A stretch of DNA of 64,000 nucleotides, taken from IMG/VR virus record IMGVR_UViG_3300046692_000091, positions 248,001 to 312,000 of that record; one strand, given 5' to 3'. Below the pieces are notes generated by a model. It had not been told where the DNA came from, did not search any database, and worked only from the letters and a program-made list of their open reading frames with translations. A program made the translations under genes and the position numbers. Positions 36,256-45,818 of this stretch are shown piece after piece (within the stretch, counting starts at the first letter, position 1; the number at the start of each line of letters is the position of its first letter).

Positions 36256-36813
36256 TTACTCCGATGCCACCTGACCAGCTGCGAATGTTTTGTACAGGAT
36301 GTCTGCGCCTACACCGCCTGCTTCCAGGATGGACATTTGCTTCATCAGCTCAGGGCCGACTTGGGTTTCCATTTGAGTTTGAATCTTGCTATACCCCATG
36401 GTCAGTTCAGCAACCAGGGTCTGTTCATCTTCAGTTACCGCGCCTTCTTTACCTTCGTGTCGTTTCGACAGAGCAAGCAGTACAGAGGACATGGTGGCCA
36501 GGTCTTCTTTCAGAGCGTCGAAGCCCTTTGCGAATTCCTCGTAGTATTCACCCAGTTTGGTACGAACCAGTTCTTCTTCAGCAATAACTGGCAGAACAAA
36601 CAGCTGTGTGGTTTGCAGTGCTTCACTGTTCAGCAGGAACAATTGTTTCAGGATCGACCAGCCTTCAGTAGCGAGCAAAGTCTGTGCTATAAAGGATTGG
36701 GTTTCCAGAGCTTGTTCTTTAGTCATAGCGTCACCGATTTCCACGTTGAGGGTAGTACCTTCACGAGTAACGGATTGAGCAGGAACGATCACTTCGGACA
36801 TTGGGAGATTCAT
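36256..36813 (-). CDS. conserved helical hypothetical protein
   Basis: 185 aa, AAGGA RBS. Confidence 0.7.
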   Translation of the reverse strand: MNLPMSEVIVPAQSVTREGTTLNVEIGDAMTKEQALETQSFIAQTLLATEGWSILKQLFLLNSEALQTTQLFVLPVIAEEELVRTKLGEYYEEFAKGFDALKEDLATMSSVLLALSKRHEGKEGAVTEDEQTLVAELTMGYSKIQTQMETQVGPELMKQMSILEAGGVGADILYKTFAAGQVASE

Positions 36814-36843
36814 GTTGTTTCCTTAGGCAAATTTGCGGATTGT

Positions 36844-36913
36844 TAACATAGTATCACCCACTCAGTATTTTACTTCCAAGGTAAAGATCAACTCATAACG
36901 CAACACTATGTTA
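36844..36913. promoter_or_regulatory. divergent late-type promoters (TATG)
   Basis: ACTATGTTA on both strands (36844-52 minus, 36905-13 plus) between divergent genes; TATG is the phiKZ late consensus. Confidence 0.5.
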
Positions 36914-36940
36914 CTAAAATCAAAGGAAGAGGGCTTTTTA

Positions 36941-37801
36941 ATGCAATTCATTATAGACAGTGTACTTACACCACTGATCACAGAAGAGCGTAAGGAGACA
37001 ATCCTTAGCTGTGTAGCATCACTGGAGTCACTGGACTACCAGGCAGCACTGGATGAGCTCCACCAAGTTGTAGAGATGTCAGATGGCACTGTAGATAATG
37101 CGACTATGATCGCACGTATTGACGATGTGATCTGGAATGCTCATGAAACTATTTTCAAACAACATGAAGTACAGGTATCGATGGAGGCTTCACAAGAAGT
37201 CCGACAATCTATCGTGGAAGTGTTGTCCAGTTTCAACAAGTATGTAATCCCCGATCAACTATTAATGTTGTTCGAAGGTGGGTTCATGCCAGAAGAGATA
37301 CTAGCCCATATGTGTCAACTCTTTACTTCGGTGAAGGTAGATGAAGTGTGGCCAGAGATCAAAGATGTTTCTCCTAACCTCATGCGCACAATGCGGGATG
37401 AGATTGAACGACAAGTTCGTTATCGTGGGTTAGAAGACACTGAGACTTCCCCAGTACTGCGTGTCAAGATGGTTAACGACTACATTCGTGTATGTGGTGC
37501 AGAAACATTCTCTATGCTCTTAGACCTGTCTAATGCTGGTGTCCGTATCGGTACCCGTGAGATCGGTCCTCTTATTCAACAATCACTGGAAGCTCTGGAT
37601 CGTAAAGAGCCAGAACACGCAGCCCTGGAAATCTTTGGATTAGTATTGATGTCTAATACTCCAGTCGCAGAGATCGAAAAGAAGGTACGTGATTTGATCG
37701 GTGATTACACAGATAACAACATGGACAATTCCCGAATGCTTGAATCTGTCAAGCCTTTGGTGAAGCTCCTTAGCGAGTACAAAGAAGATGCAAATTCGTG
37801 A
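36941..37801 (+). CDS. conserved virion protein (phiKZ gp79-like)
   Basis: Start set to ATG 36941; directly upstream of the vRNAP subunit as in phiKZ. Confidence 0.65.
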   Translation: MQFIIDSVLTPLITEERKETILSCVASLESLDYQAALDELHQVVEMSDGTVDNATMIARIDDVIWNAHETIFKQHEVQVSMEASQEVRQSIVEVLSSFNKYVIPDQLLMLFEGGFMPEEILAHMCQLFTSVKVDEVWPEIKDVSPNLMRTMRDEIERQVRYRGLEDTETSPVLRVKMVNDYIRVCGAETFSMLLDLSNAGVRIGTREIGPLIQQSLEALDRKEPEHAALEIFGLVLMSNTPVAEIEKKVRDLIGDYTDNNMDNSRMLESVKPLVKLLSEYKEDANS

Positions 37802-39134
37802 GTACTTCATGAAAGGTCTAGAACTAGGCCTTCATAAGAAACGACAATGGATGAACTGTTTGTTCTCAGTGGTGTACAACATCAACGAGTTCGAGCACCA
37901 CTACGACTATCGACTTTATAAGGACGAACAAGGTTTATTCTTTTTCGTTCCTGGTTCCAAAGATCAGAAGGATTATATCGAAGGTTGGAAAGAAGACGTA
38001 GCGCTGCTGCACTTCCGGGACGAGTTCATCCTACAACCCAATGAGCTAATCAACTATAAAGGGCAGGGGCCACTAAAGACCTGTTATGGTAACGTATTCG
38101 TTAACCACCTGTGTCTGATTCTACCGTTCGGTGATATCTTCGAATTCCAAGACGGGTTGTTTAACCTGGGTAAGCTGGAAGCCGAGATCCTGAAACGAAT
38201 GATCGATGATCCACCGGGTAACGAAGATCCCACTATTCGTGCCACTGACGGTAAGTTGTACGTTAGTCAGTACTTGATGTTCTCGGAACACATCCTGACT
38301 CTTCCAGCTTATTCCGACGGCTTGGTTACAGCTACGACTAAGAAGTCCCTAATGGCTTCTCCTGATCGTAACCGCGTACGCGATGCTTGGATTGCACAGA
38401 ACCCTGATCGACTAACTGACCCTGCCGCAGTAGCCGAACTCAGTAACGTACTGAAGAAGCTCGATGACGAATATCTATCCGGTGATGAATCGGAAGAGTT
38501 CTATCGTTCTAAGAAGAAGCTCGAAGGTGCACGTAAGAAAGTACATTACATGTTCGGTGCTGAATCTGCATTCTCTGATGGCACTAAAGTAGAGCTGATT
38601 GCTAAGTCGTTGGAAGAAGGCATTGACATGGATAAACTTCCGGTCATGTTTAACTCTCTACGAGCTGGTTCTTATAACCGTGGCAAACAAACAGCATTGG
38701 GTGGTGAATCGACTAAAACGATTTATCGGATGGTTGGTACTGCACGAATCGTTGAACACGACTGCAATACCCATATCGGTGTTCCTACTACGTTGTATCC
38801 ATTCATTGCTAAAGACCTTGTTGGTTATGGCATGGTTAAGGATGGGAAGACCACAGTACTTACGCCTGAGTTGATTCATCAGCTTATGTTTAAGACTGTC
38901 GATATCCGTGGCCCAATGTCTTGTAAGACTGGTCGTGATGTAGACAAAGGGATTCTCGGTAAAGGTAAGAACGTTTGCGCTGTATGTGCTGGTTCTGCTT
39001 TGGCTGAAAACCCTAACGGTATTCCTGCAGCTGCTGCTGGGGTAGGTGGACGATTCCTCTCCCTCTTTCTTGCAAAAATGCATGCCACGGTACTCCGGAC
39101 CGTACAGTGGGATATGCAAACTCGCATCACCTAA
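37788..39134 (+). CDS. virion RNA polymerase beta'-like subunit (phiKZ gp80-like)
   Basis: SLEEGID...LP.MFNSLRAGSYNRG..TALGG, DC, RGP..CK, CAVCAG, LAKMH. Confidence 0.88.
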   Translation: MQIREYFMKGLELGLHKKRQWMNCLFSVVYNINEFEHHYDYRLYKDEQGLFFFVPGSKDQKDYIEGWKEDVALLHFRDEFILQPNELINYKGQGPLKTCYGNVFVNHLCLILPFGDIFEFQDGLFNLGKLEAEILKRMIDDPPGNEDPTIRATDGKLYVSQYLMFSEHILTLPAYSDGLVTATTKKSLMASPDRNRVRDAWIAQNPDRLTDPAAVAELSNVLKKLDDEYLSGDESEEFYRSKKKLEGARKKVHYMFGAESAFSDGTKVELIAKSLEEGIDMDKLPVMFNSLRAGSYNRGKQTALGGESTKTIYRMVGTARIVEHDCNTHIGVPTTLYPFIAKDLVGYGMVKDGKTTVLTPELIHQLMFKTVDIRGPMSCKTGRDVDKGILGKGKNVCAVCAGSALAENPNGIPAAAAGVGGRFLSLFLAKMHATVLRTVQWDMQTRIT

Positions 39135-39189
39135 ATAAAAGGGGACTTCGGTCCCCTATGCTCTGATCTATAATCGATGAGGCTTTACA

Positions 39190-40527
39190 ATGAGCAAGAA
39201 CATCAAGCGGCAAGCATTTCAAACTCAACCACTAGTGAAACCAGCCATGCCCTTACCAGTAACAGAACATGTCGATCCAACCACTCTCCCAACTGTTGAT
39301 ACCAGTGCAGTTGCAGATATAATGGAACAAGCACTGCCGGAACTTACTTCCGAGGAAACCAAATATGAAACTACCGAAGCGGCGCCAGGGGGTGATGACT
39401 CACTCGCAGTGGAACAAACCGATAGTGGAAGCAGTGAAACGCCGGCGGAGCCAGAGTTCGACTACGCTGGGTTCCGACTCTCCCATGGAATCCCTGATAC
39501 TTGGACAGATGAACACATCGACGGATGGATCGTCGCAGGTGGAAATGTCGTAGAGCATACCGAACGTGGTAGTATCGTAGTCGACGTTACTCGTAAAGAA
39601 CGCGAGATCTCTACTTGGGGCGTTGATGAAATCCTCGATGCCTTCGAAGGTAAACTGAATGGCGTAGACGAAGGTCAATACGGTGCACTGGCAAAAGCTT
39701 ATCGCCAACTGGCTCCAGTAGATGCAGCTTGGTCTGTTCGTGATCTTATCGACTTCCTCACCCAAGGTCTGGAACCATCGAAGACTACTAACGGTGCTTG
39801 GAAACAAGACGTTACTCGTGCACGTCGCCCTGCTCAAGATTGGACTACCCAAGAACTGGTAGCCTGGGCACTCGGTGAGATCCGTGCAGTTGGTGAAGCT
39901 ACGGATCAGAAGATCGCTATCGAGATGAACAAGCGTCTGGATCTGTGTTCCCAATCGAACAAGCCAGAAGATATCATCCGTACTTACCGGAAAATGCAGA
40001 GCAATTCTGTGAAGGTCGTGGGTGTACAACCTACTGCACCTACCCCACAGGCTACGCTTCCAGAAGCAGAGCCACAAACAGAAACACCAATCCCACAAGG
40101 GCTGAATGCAATGAATGTAGCATACCTGAAAACACAAACTGAACGTTACCTGAAAGCCTGTGCACCTAACACCCCGATTACTCCTGAGATCGGTGCTACT
40201 GAACAACGTCAACTGGACAACCTGTTCCGCTATATCCTGAAACTGGATGACCCAGCTGGATTCTGTGGAGCAATGGGTTACTTCCGTGACTTCTATGCCA
40301 AGCATCGTGATGGTTTGTTTGAACCGACCTACGCTAGTCGTTACACTGGTTCGCTCCGTACCGAAGGCGACCTGCAAGAAACACACATCAATCTGCTGGC
40401 TATTTTCCACGTCTATACCGACTTGAACAAAGCTGCACGCAAACAGATCGATCTCCCATTCCTACTGCGTAAGTTTCCATCTGATCGTCAAGCCTGGCTG
40501 CTGGAATTCTTCCAACGGTATTGCTAA
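39190..40527 (+). CDS. conserved hypothetical protein with Trp-containing internal repeats
   Basis: 445 aa; acidic N-terminus; four W(T/G/S)xx(E/D)(L/I) units. Confidence 0.7.
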   Translation: MSKNIKRQAFQTQPLVKPAMPLPVTEHVDPTTLPTVDTSAVADIMEQALPELTSEETKYETTEAAPGGDDSLAVEQTDSGSSETPAEPEFDYAGFRLSHGIPDTWTDEHIDGWIVAGGNVVEHTERGSIVVDVTRKEREISTWGVDEILDAFEGKLNGVDEGQYGALAKAYRQLAPVDAAWSVRDLIDFLTQGLEPSKTTNGAWKQDVTRARRPAQDWTTQELVAWALGEIRAVGEATDQKIAIEMNKRLDLCSQSNKPEDIIRTYRKMQSNSVKVVGVQPTAPTPQATLPEAEPQTETPIPQGLNAMNVAYLKTQTERYLKACAPNTPITPEIGATEQRQLDNLFRYILKLDDPAGFCGAMGYFRDFYAKHRDGLFEPTYASRYTGSLRTEGDLQETHINLLAIFHVYTDLNKAARKQIDLPFLLRKFPSDRQAWLLEFFQRYC

Positions 40528-40597
40528 CATAAGTGCCTGCCTTTGGGGCAGGCTTTATGCCGTTATCTTTTGTATATGAATAATAAATGAGGCAGAT

Positions 40598-41836
40598 ATG
40601 TTCGAACTTCTCTTATCAACGATGTACCTTATCGAAGAAGAGGATGACCACACTTTACCATTTCCCGAAGGGACTCCATATAAAGGAGTGGTGCAGTCAA
40701 AGAATTTCATTAATGGTACATCCTTAGCATCTCGATTAGATTTGATTGAAGGTATGCCTATTAATAATGACTGTGGTTGGCTTCACTTCGTTGAGGATAA
40801 TGGATACAACATTTATATCGCTAAGAAACCACTGCGATATAATGTCACATGGAATGGAATCAATGCTGCACAAACAGGTAAAGAACTTACCATTGACGGT
40901 AAGACATTCGTGGTTGAATTCATGTCTGGCATGAAAACCAATGGGTTAAGTGCTGTCCCTGCTAACGCTGGTGGTGCCTGGAACAGATACATTTACAATC
41001 TTTACGCCGGTGAGCGTGCAGCTGAATTACCTGTCTCTCGATTGAACTGGGGATCATACACCGAAACAATGTTAGGTGTTCCTCTAGAGTCTTTAGGAAG
41101 TGTTCCCAGGGCATCCTTTAGCTTGGTTAAAGAATCTGTAGCACAGGGTGGTTATGCTACCCGTGGTGTCAGTTATGTTAACGCGAGTGTCCCTAACGTG
41201 ATGGGTGTTTGGTATGGTATTCCGACTGATCCAGGTGAGCATTACGCATGGCGTCCAATGCTGGTAGAAAAGGGAACTGTTCCCCCTGCACCAGTGACAC
41301 CATTCAAAGGTGAAATCACTCAGGCTGACTTCATCACGTTCGATGCATTGGCTACAGCGGTAGGCATCACAACGGGTAACCCACTCAATATAACAGCCCC
41401 ATGGTTGAAGATTGTTGAGAACGGTAAAACGTTCTATTGGCCTAAAGCTTCTATTCGTGGCAGTGTATTACGTGAAACACTTAATGATAGTAATTTGGTA
41501 ACTGGTGATACAACAACAGTTATTGGCGGACTCACTTACAAGGTGCGTCTGATTACCGGTCGAGCTACATCAGAATCTGGTGACATCGGCGGTGAGTGGT
41601 TGGATTGGATGACTAACCTAACTAATGGAGAATGGGCATTCTATACTCCAGCAGATTTCGTTACAGGTACAGGTGGTACTGGTAACGGCGAACTTGTCTT
41701 GGTACAAGAACTGCATGCTAATGGTAGTTGGGCAACTAACGGCTATCCTAACTTGTTAGACTCTGGTTGGTATCAAGCAGCTAACGCTACCCATGATGGT
41801 TATGGCTGGCGTCCAGTATTGGAACTCGTTCCATAA
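40598..41836 (+). CDS. putative virion structural protein with a tandem duplicated domain (phiKZ-family paralog class)
   Basis: Two ~190-aa halves, each (Y/F)KG....FI...L...G..IN...W...GG.W...W RP(M/V)L. Confidence 0.7.
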   Translation: MFELLLSTMYLIEEEDDHTLPFPEGTPYKGVVQSKNFINGTSLASRLDLIEGMPINNDCGWLHFVEDNGYNIYIAKKPLRYNVTWNGINAAQTGKELTIDGKTFVVEFMSGMKTNGLSAVPANAGGAWNRYIYNLYAGERAAELPVSRLNWGSYTETMLGVPLESLGSVPRASFSLVKESVAQGGYATRGVSYVNASVPNVMGVWYGIPTDPGEHYAWRPMLVEKGTVPPAPVTPFKGEITQADFITFDALATAVGITTGNPLNITAPWLKIVENGKTFYWPKASIRGSVLRETLNDSNLVTGDTTTVIGGLTYKVRLITGRATSESGDIGGEWLDWMTNLTNGEWAFYTPADFVTGTGGTGNGELVLVQELHANGSWATNGYPNLLDSGWYQAANATHDGYGWRPVLELVP

Positions 41837-41839
41837 CGG

Positions 41840-41872
41840 CATAAACGGCTTCCCTGAGGGGAAGCCAATATG
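41840..41872. terminator. bidirectional hairpin element
   Basis: CATAAAC-ggcttccc-TGAG-gggaagcc-AATATG; 31/33 identical to 47883-47915. Confidence 0.7.
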
Positions 41873-41877
41873 TTGTC

Positions 41878-42180
41878 TCAGTACTTGACGTCCATTTTAA
41901 GGATGTGTTTCTTCAGTGCAGGGCAATAGATGTCAACGTAATAAATATCTACGTCTACAGTGATCTCCATGTTGCCATGTAGACACGGCGCATGAATTGT
42001 AATCGCCCCGGTAGTCTGCAGGGACATCTCACATTCCCGGTTATACAACTTATAACTGTTGTATAGTTCTTTTGCTTTCTCACGAGAGTGATAGACAACA
42101 GCACATGAACTATGTCCATCCCAACCTACATGAGAAGCAAAGTCTAACAGACCACCGAACTCTACATCAAAATCTTTCAT
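41878..42180 (-). CDS. hypothetical protein
   Basis: 100-aa ORF overlapping the upstream stop. Confidence 0.6.
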   Translation of the reverse strand: MKDFDVEFGGLLDFASHVGWDGHSSCAVVYHSREKAKELYNSYKLYNRECEMSLQTTGAITIHAPCLHGNMEITVDVDIYYVDIYCPALKKHILKMDVKY

Positions 42181-42547
42181 TTAGTAACTCACAAAGGGCG
42201 CGTGCTTGTGATATATCAGTGGAGGCAAACTTATCAGACAACGTGTAGTCCATTAATGCGCAAGCTTCTGAGAGCTCACGCATGAGGTCCGGATTAAGAT
42301 CCGCCCAGATGGTCCATAGCTTCTTGTATTCGCCCCATGTGTCAATAGACTTGTCCACAGGGGGCTTTCCTTTACCTAGCTTCCAATCACTGGAGCCAGG
42401 GGCTATTCCTTTCACGTCACATTGATAATGTGCTTCGATGGTGCGTCCATCTGGCATAAGAGCGAACATCGCAGAGTACCGCTTATCTCCTTGCGATGAA
42501 CACTCATACCCATCATACCGCTTCCACTGATACAGTCTTCTTTTCAA
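42167..42547 (-). CDS. conserved phage protein, NADAR-like candidate
   Basis: YECSSQGDKRYSAMFA..DGRTIEAHYQ..VK...GKG...Y..LW..W...NP.L..L...L.D.FA; start uncertain (TTG 42547). Confidence 0.65.
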   Translation of the reverse strand: MKRRLYQWKRYDGYECSSQGDKRYSAMFALMPDGRTIEAHYQCDVKGIAPGSSDWKLGKGKPPVDKSIDTWGEYKKLWTIWADLNPDLMRELSEACALMDYTLSDKFASTDISQARALCELLNERF

Positions 42548-44468
42548 CAGGTACCGATGCTGCAATAGCTTGATCCAGAGTTGGTTCAGCCATACCGATG
42601 TCTTGCATGAATGCCAACAGCATTGTATCCAAACGAGGAGCTGACATGATCTTCTGTGTAATCTCAACACAGTTGACTCGACCAGCTGTCAAGTTAACAC
42701 CAGCTTCACGACGCCACAGTTCCGACACACCTTGAATCGCTGAGAATTCCATTACCGTGGTTTCACGTGCAATGTTCAGAATCTGCGATACGTTAGGATA
42801 AGTCGATACGATGTCCAAGTCAGCTACGTGAACGTAAATCAGCGTGTGGTAGTTTGGTAGATCCTTAACACACTTAATACCGTGTTGCCCTGCCATAAAC
42901 GAAGGCAGTGTAATAATCCAGTCTCTATGCGATACCACATACTGGTCGAGTTCATGAACCATCTGATCTGAAGACGAACCGATTACTTGGCCACGTTTCA
43001 AATACCAGAAGTGCATGTCATCGACAAGACGCTTAGGGTTAGATGCGAAGTTCTTATAATCCGAAGACTTCGAGAACAAAGTAATCGAACGACCTAAGTC
43101 ATTGATCTTCTCGTCCAGTTGTTCCAGACGCATGCTGTCGATGATGTTGTAAAGACCATATTTGATCTTGTGCTTGGTTTGCATCTCACGGTGCCATTCG
43201 ATACCGTTGAGGTTAGCCACTGCCTCGAACTCCAGCTTACCAAAGTCAACCTTCAAACAAACAACATCACCAATCTTCGCTTCATCTAAAGTGTGAGCTC
43301 GCTCATCATTAATGAACCAGTGTGGAAATGAACCCGGTGTCTCATTCAGTTTCTTCTCACACTTCTTCAAGAATGCTAAAAGATCACCTTCTTTCTTCAG
43401 CTCGGTTTCTTCATTAACACTAAGCTCTTTACCCAAGATGTAGTTCAGGGCATATGAAGCTTCTTTACCCTTCGCCAAACGCGTTACACGATACGTTGAC
43501 ATCGAGTCGATACATTGGAACGTAGCTGGAGCTGTAATCCAATGCCATTGATCCTGAGGGCCACGAGACTTCGATACACCCGAAGCCGTAGTCATCATTG
43601 CAGCATCTTTCTTGAAATGGAAATGACGATAGTTCTTTGGTACGTCAGCATCCGAAAATACATCTTTCGGATCGATACCGTAATCATCCAGTGCTTTCAG
43701 AATTCGAGTCATGTCGAACTCCATGTTCCAGAAAGCAAAGAAATCAGGCTTCCATTCATGCAGTCGTTTAAAACACTGAATCACAATATCAGCTGGAGTC
43801 TTAACAACTTCAACTTCAATCTTGAGATTACGGCCATGCATCAAAGCTTTCAGCTCTGGGATAGATTCCATCTCACGGTAAGTCTCACCCACCGGATCAG
43901 CAATATCATGAACCCAGTCACCTAGATAAGCCAGATACACATTCTCTTTATGTGTAACAGACATACAGATGATCTGACCATCCTTATCGGATTCGTACAC
44001 GTTAGTTTCGATGTCACCACCGGCTACCGAGTTACGAGAGATCAGACCTGGATAACGTTGCTGATAATCATTCTTTAAGCAGCATGATGAACTAACGTCA
44101 GAACCGTACAGGTATGGACTACGTGATAGGTTACGCAGACGTGGATTAGGGCCTTGTGAATAGTCCCCTAACGTCTTAGCGATATTACGTGCTAAGTTTA
44201 CCTGAGTCGACTTATAACGCTGTAGGTTCTCAAGTACCTCATAATCTTTCTTCTCGGTATGGTTACGACGACCCTTCTGAGTAACAAAGTAAGTACGTTC
44301 ATAATCCTCCCACTTCACCAGACGACTAAAATTCTTGCCGCCCTTTAAATGAATTACTTCTTTAACAAAGTGAGCATCATGTTGTTTGCCGAACTGATCC
44401 GGTACGTACGTGATGTGCTTTGCTTCACGCCCGATAACGTCTTCCGGATTAAACTCAATCGCCGACAT
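42513..44468 (-). CDS. family B DNA polymerase, 3'-5' exonuclease plus motif A part (phiKZ gp82-like)
   Basis: DIET (ExoI), FWNMEFD (ExoII), YNIIDS (ExoIII), DLDIVSTYPN (motif A); AAGGAG RBS before ATG 44468. Confidence 0.9.
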   Translation of the reverse strand: MSAIEFNPEDVIGREAKHITYVPDQFGKQHDAHFVKEVIHLKGGKNFSRLVKWEDYERTYFVTQKGRRNHTEKKDYEVLENLQRYKSTQVNLARNIAKTLGDYSQGPNPRLRNLSRSPYLYGSDVSSSCCLKNDYQQRYPGLISRNSVAGGDIETNVYESDKDGQIICMSVTHKENVYLAYLGDWVHDIADPVGETYREMESIPELKALMHGRNLKIEVEVVKTPADIVIQCFKRLHEWKPDFFAFWNMEFDMTRILKALDDYGIDPKDVFSDADVPKNYRHFHFKKDAAMMTTASGVSKSRGPQDQWHWITAPATFQCIDSMSTYRVTRLAKGKEASYALNYILGKELSVNEETELKKEGDLLAFLKKCEKKLNETPGSFPHWFINDERAHTLDEAKIGDVVCLKVDFGKLEFEAVANLNGIEWHREMQTKHKIKYGLYNIIDSMRLEQLDEKINDLGRSITLFSKSSDYKNFASNPKRLVDDMHFWYLKRGQVIGSSSDQMVHELDQYVVSHRDWIITLPSFMAGQHGIKCVKDLPNYHTLIYVHVADLDIVSTYPNVSQILNIARETTVMEFSAIQGVSELWRREAGVNLTAGRVNCVEITQKIMSAPRLDTMLLAFMQDIGMAEPTLDQAIAASVPVEKKTVSVEAV

Positions 44469-44571
44469 TAGATACTCCTTGAATATGGGTTGAACACGTA
44501 GGATTAGGAACGCGAGTATTTCCTCCAAAGCCTTATCTTTATGATTAATCAACCACCCATGGAAGCGCACC

Positions 44572-45807
44572 ATGTTAAGACAAGTAACAATCGCGAATGA
44601 GGCCATCTCCGTAGATGTGTCCCGCGAGCTGGGCAAAATGATCCTTGCCCAAGTAAAAGAAATGCAGGAAGAATACGGTCGCTCCAGATCGTTCTCCGGC
44701 AAAGATGCAATCGGTAAACTGAATGACATTATCAACTCGACAGGTATGAAATTTAACCTACGTGTTACCAGTGACAATTTCCTGAATGCAATGTTGATCG
44801 TACCGGCCTTTGAAGGTCATCGTGGTACAGGCTTTACAACACGTGGCCCGTATACCGCATTGATTGCTGGCGGCCTACAAGAATTCATTAAGATGGATTT
44901 GGAGAAGTTACAGTTCTCGGGTAAGATGATCGATGATCACCCAATGGATCTGTATGTAACAGGTGCATGCTTCGATATTAACCGCGCAACTGCCGAAGAG
45001 ACTACTGGTCTGCTATTGCATGAGATCGGCCACAGCATCGACGTATGGGCTACACTGGGCGACTATATCTATCTCAACTACATGTTGACTGAGGGTATTG
45101 ATGTACTGCTGGGTAATAAGCGTAACGTACAGAAACTAGAGATCCTCGATCAGAACTGGTTAGAGAAGAATCTTGATCCTGTAGAACGTGATGCCTTTAT
45201 TAACCACCGTACTGTAGATGGTGCACGTCGTGCTATTATCTCAGCTTGGAAGAAAGCCCCACGCGGTTATCTGTTCGAGAACAACATGGCCTCTCACAAA
45301 CGTGATGAGCAATTCGCTGACTGGTTTGCTGCACGTATGGGCTTTGCTCGTGCGCTAGTTACACTCAACTACAAAGCAGATAAAGAAGGTCAGTGCAATG
45401 CCCTGCGGAAAAGTTTGGTATCTGTTAACGTTGCGCATCTAGCAACGATGGTTGTCTTCTTACCATTCACCATTCTCTGGATGTTGATGGTGGGTGAAAC
45501 CACCGAACTTGATTATGGCGCTCGTTATGATTCGCCATTTGATCGTCCTAACCGACTACGTCTGGAATTGATTGCACAACTTAAGTCGATCAAAGATACT
45601 TCGCTACATGCAGGTATCATGCGTGACATCGAGATCATTGATGACATCCTGAAACAGTATAACAAAGATCGTACGCTGATGGATTTTATGGCTGACCTAT
45701 CGTCACCAGTAAGACGCCGTGAGAAAGATCAACTGCGCCATGAACAGAATTTAGAATCGCTACTCAACAATGATTTGTTTGTAGCTGCCAAACGTTTCAA
45801 CTCTTAA
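44572..45807 (+). CDS. putative virion Zn-metalloprotease-like protein (HEXXH)
   Basis: LLHEIGH plus DEQFAD.FA...G, followed by a hydrophobic segment; first gene of a late structural operon. Confidence 0.7.
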   Translation: MLRQVTIANEAISVDVSRELGKMILAQVKEMQEEYGRSRSFSGKDAIGKLNDIINSTGMKFNLRVTSDNFLNAMLIVPAFEGHRGTGFTTRGPYTALIAGGLQEFIKMDLEKLQFSGKMIDDHPMDLYVTGACFDINRATAEETTGLLLHEIGHSIDVWATLGDYIYLNYMLTEGIDVLLGNKRNVQKLEILDQNWLEKNLDPVERDAFINHRTVDGARRAIISAWKKAPRGYLFENNMASHKRDEQFADWFAARMGFARALVTLNYKADKEGQCNALRKSLVSVNVAHLATMVVFLPFTILWMLMVGETTELDYGARYDSPFDRPNRLRLELIAQLKSIKDTSLHAGIMRDIEIIDDILKQYNKDRTLMDFMADLSSPVRRREKDQLRHEQNLESLLNNDLFVAAKRFNS

Positions 45808-45818
45808 GGTAAAAGACA

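Noticed and set aside
43230-43430. Polymerase insertion as an intein
   Set aside because: Too short, with no Cys/Ser...His-Asn splice termini
44469-44777. N-terminal extension of the 754-aa track ORF (likewise the track starts at 3211, 6203, 18460, 26841, 31044, 36908, 55959, 58247, 61487)
   Set aside because: Downstream ATGs have better RBSs or match conserved N-termini; the extensions overlap other genes or hairpins
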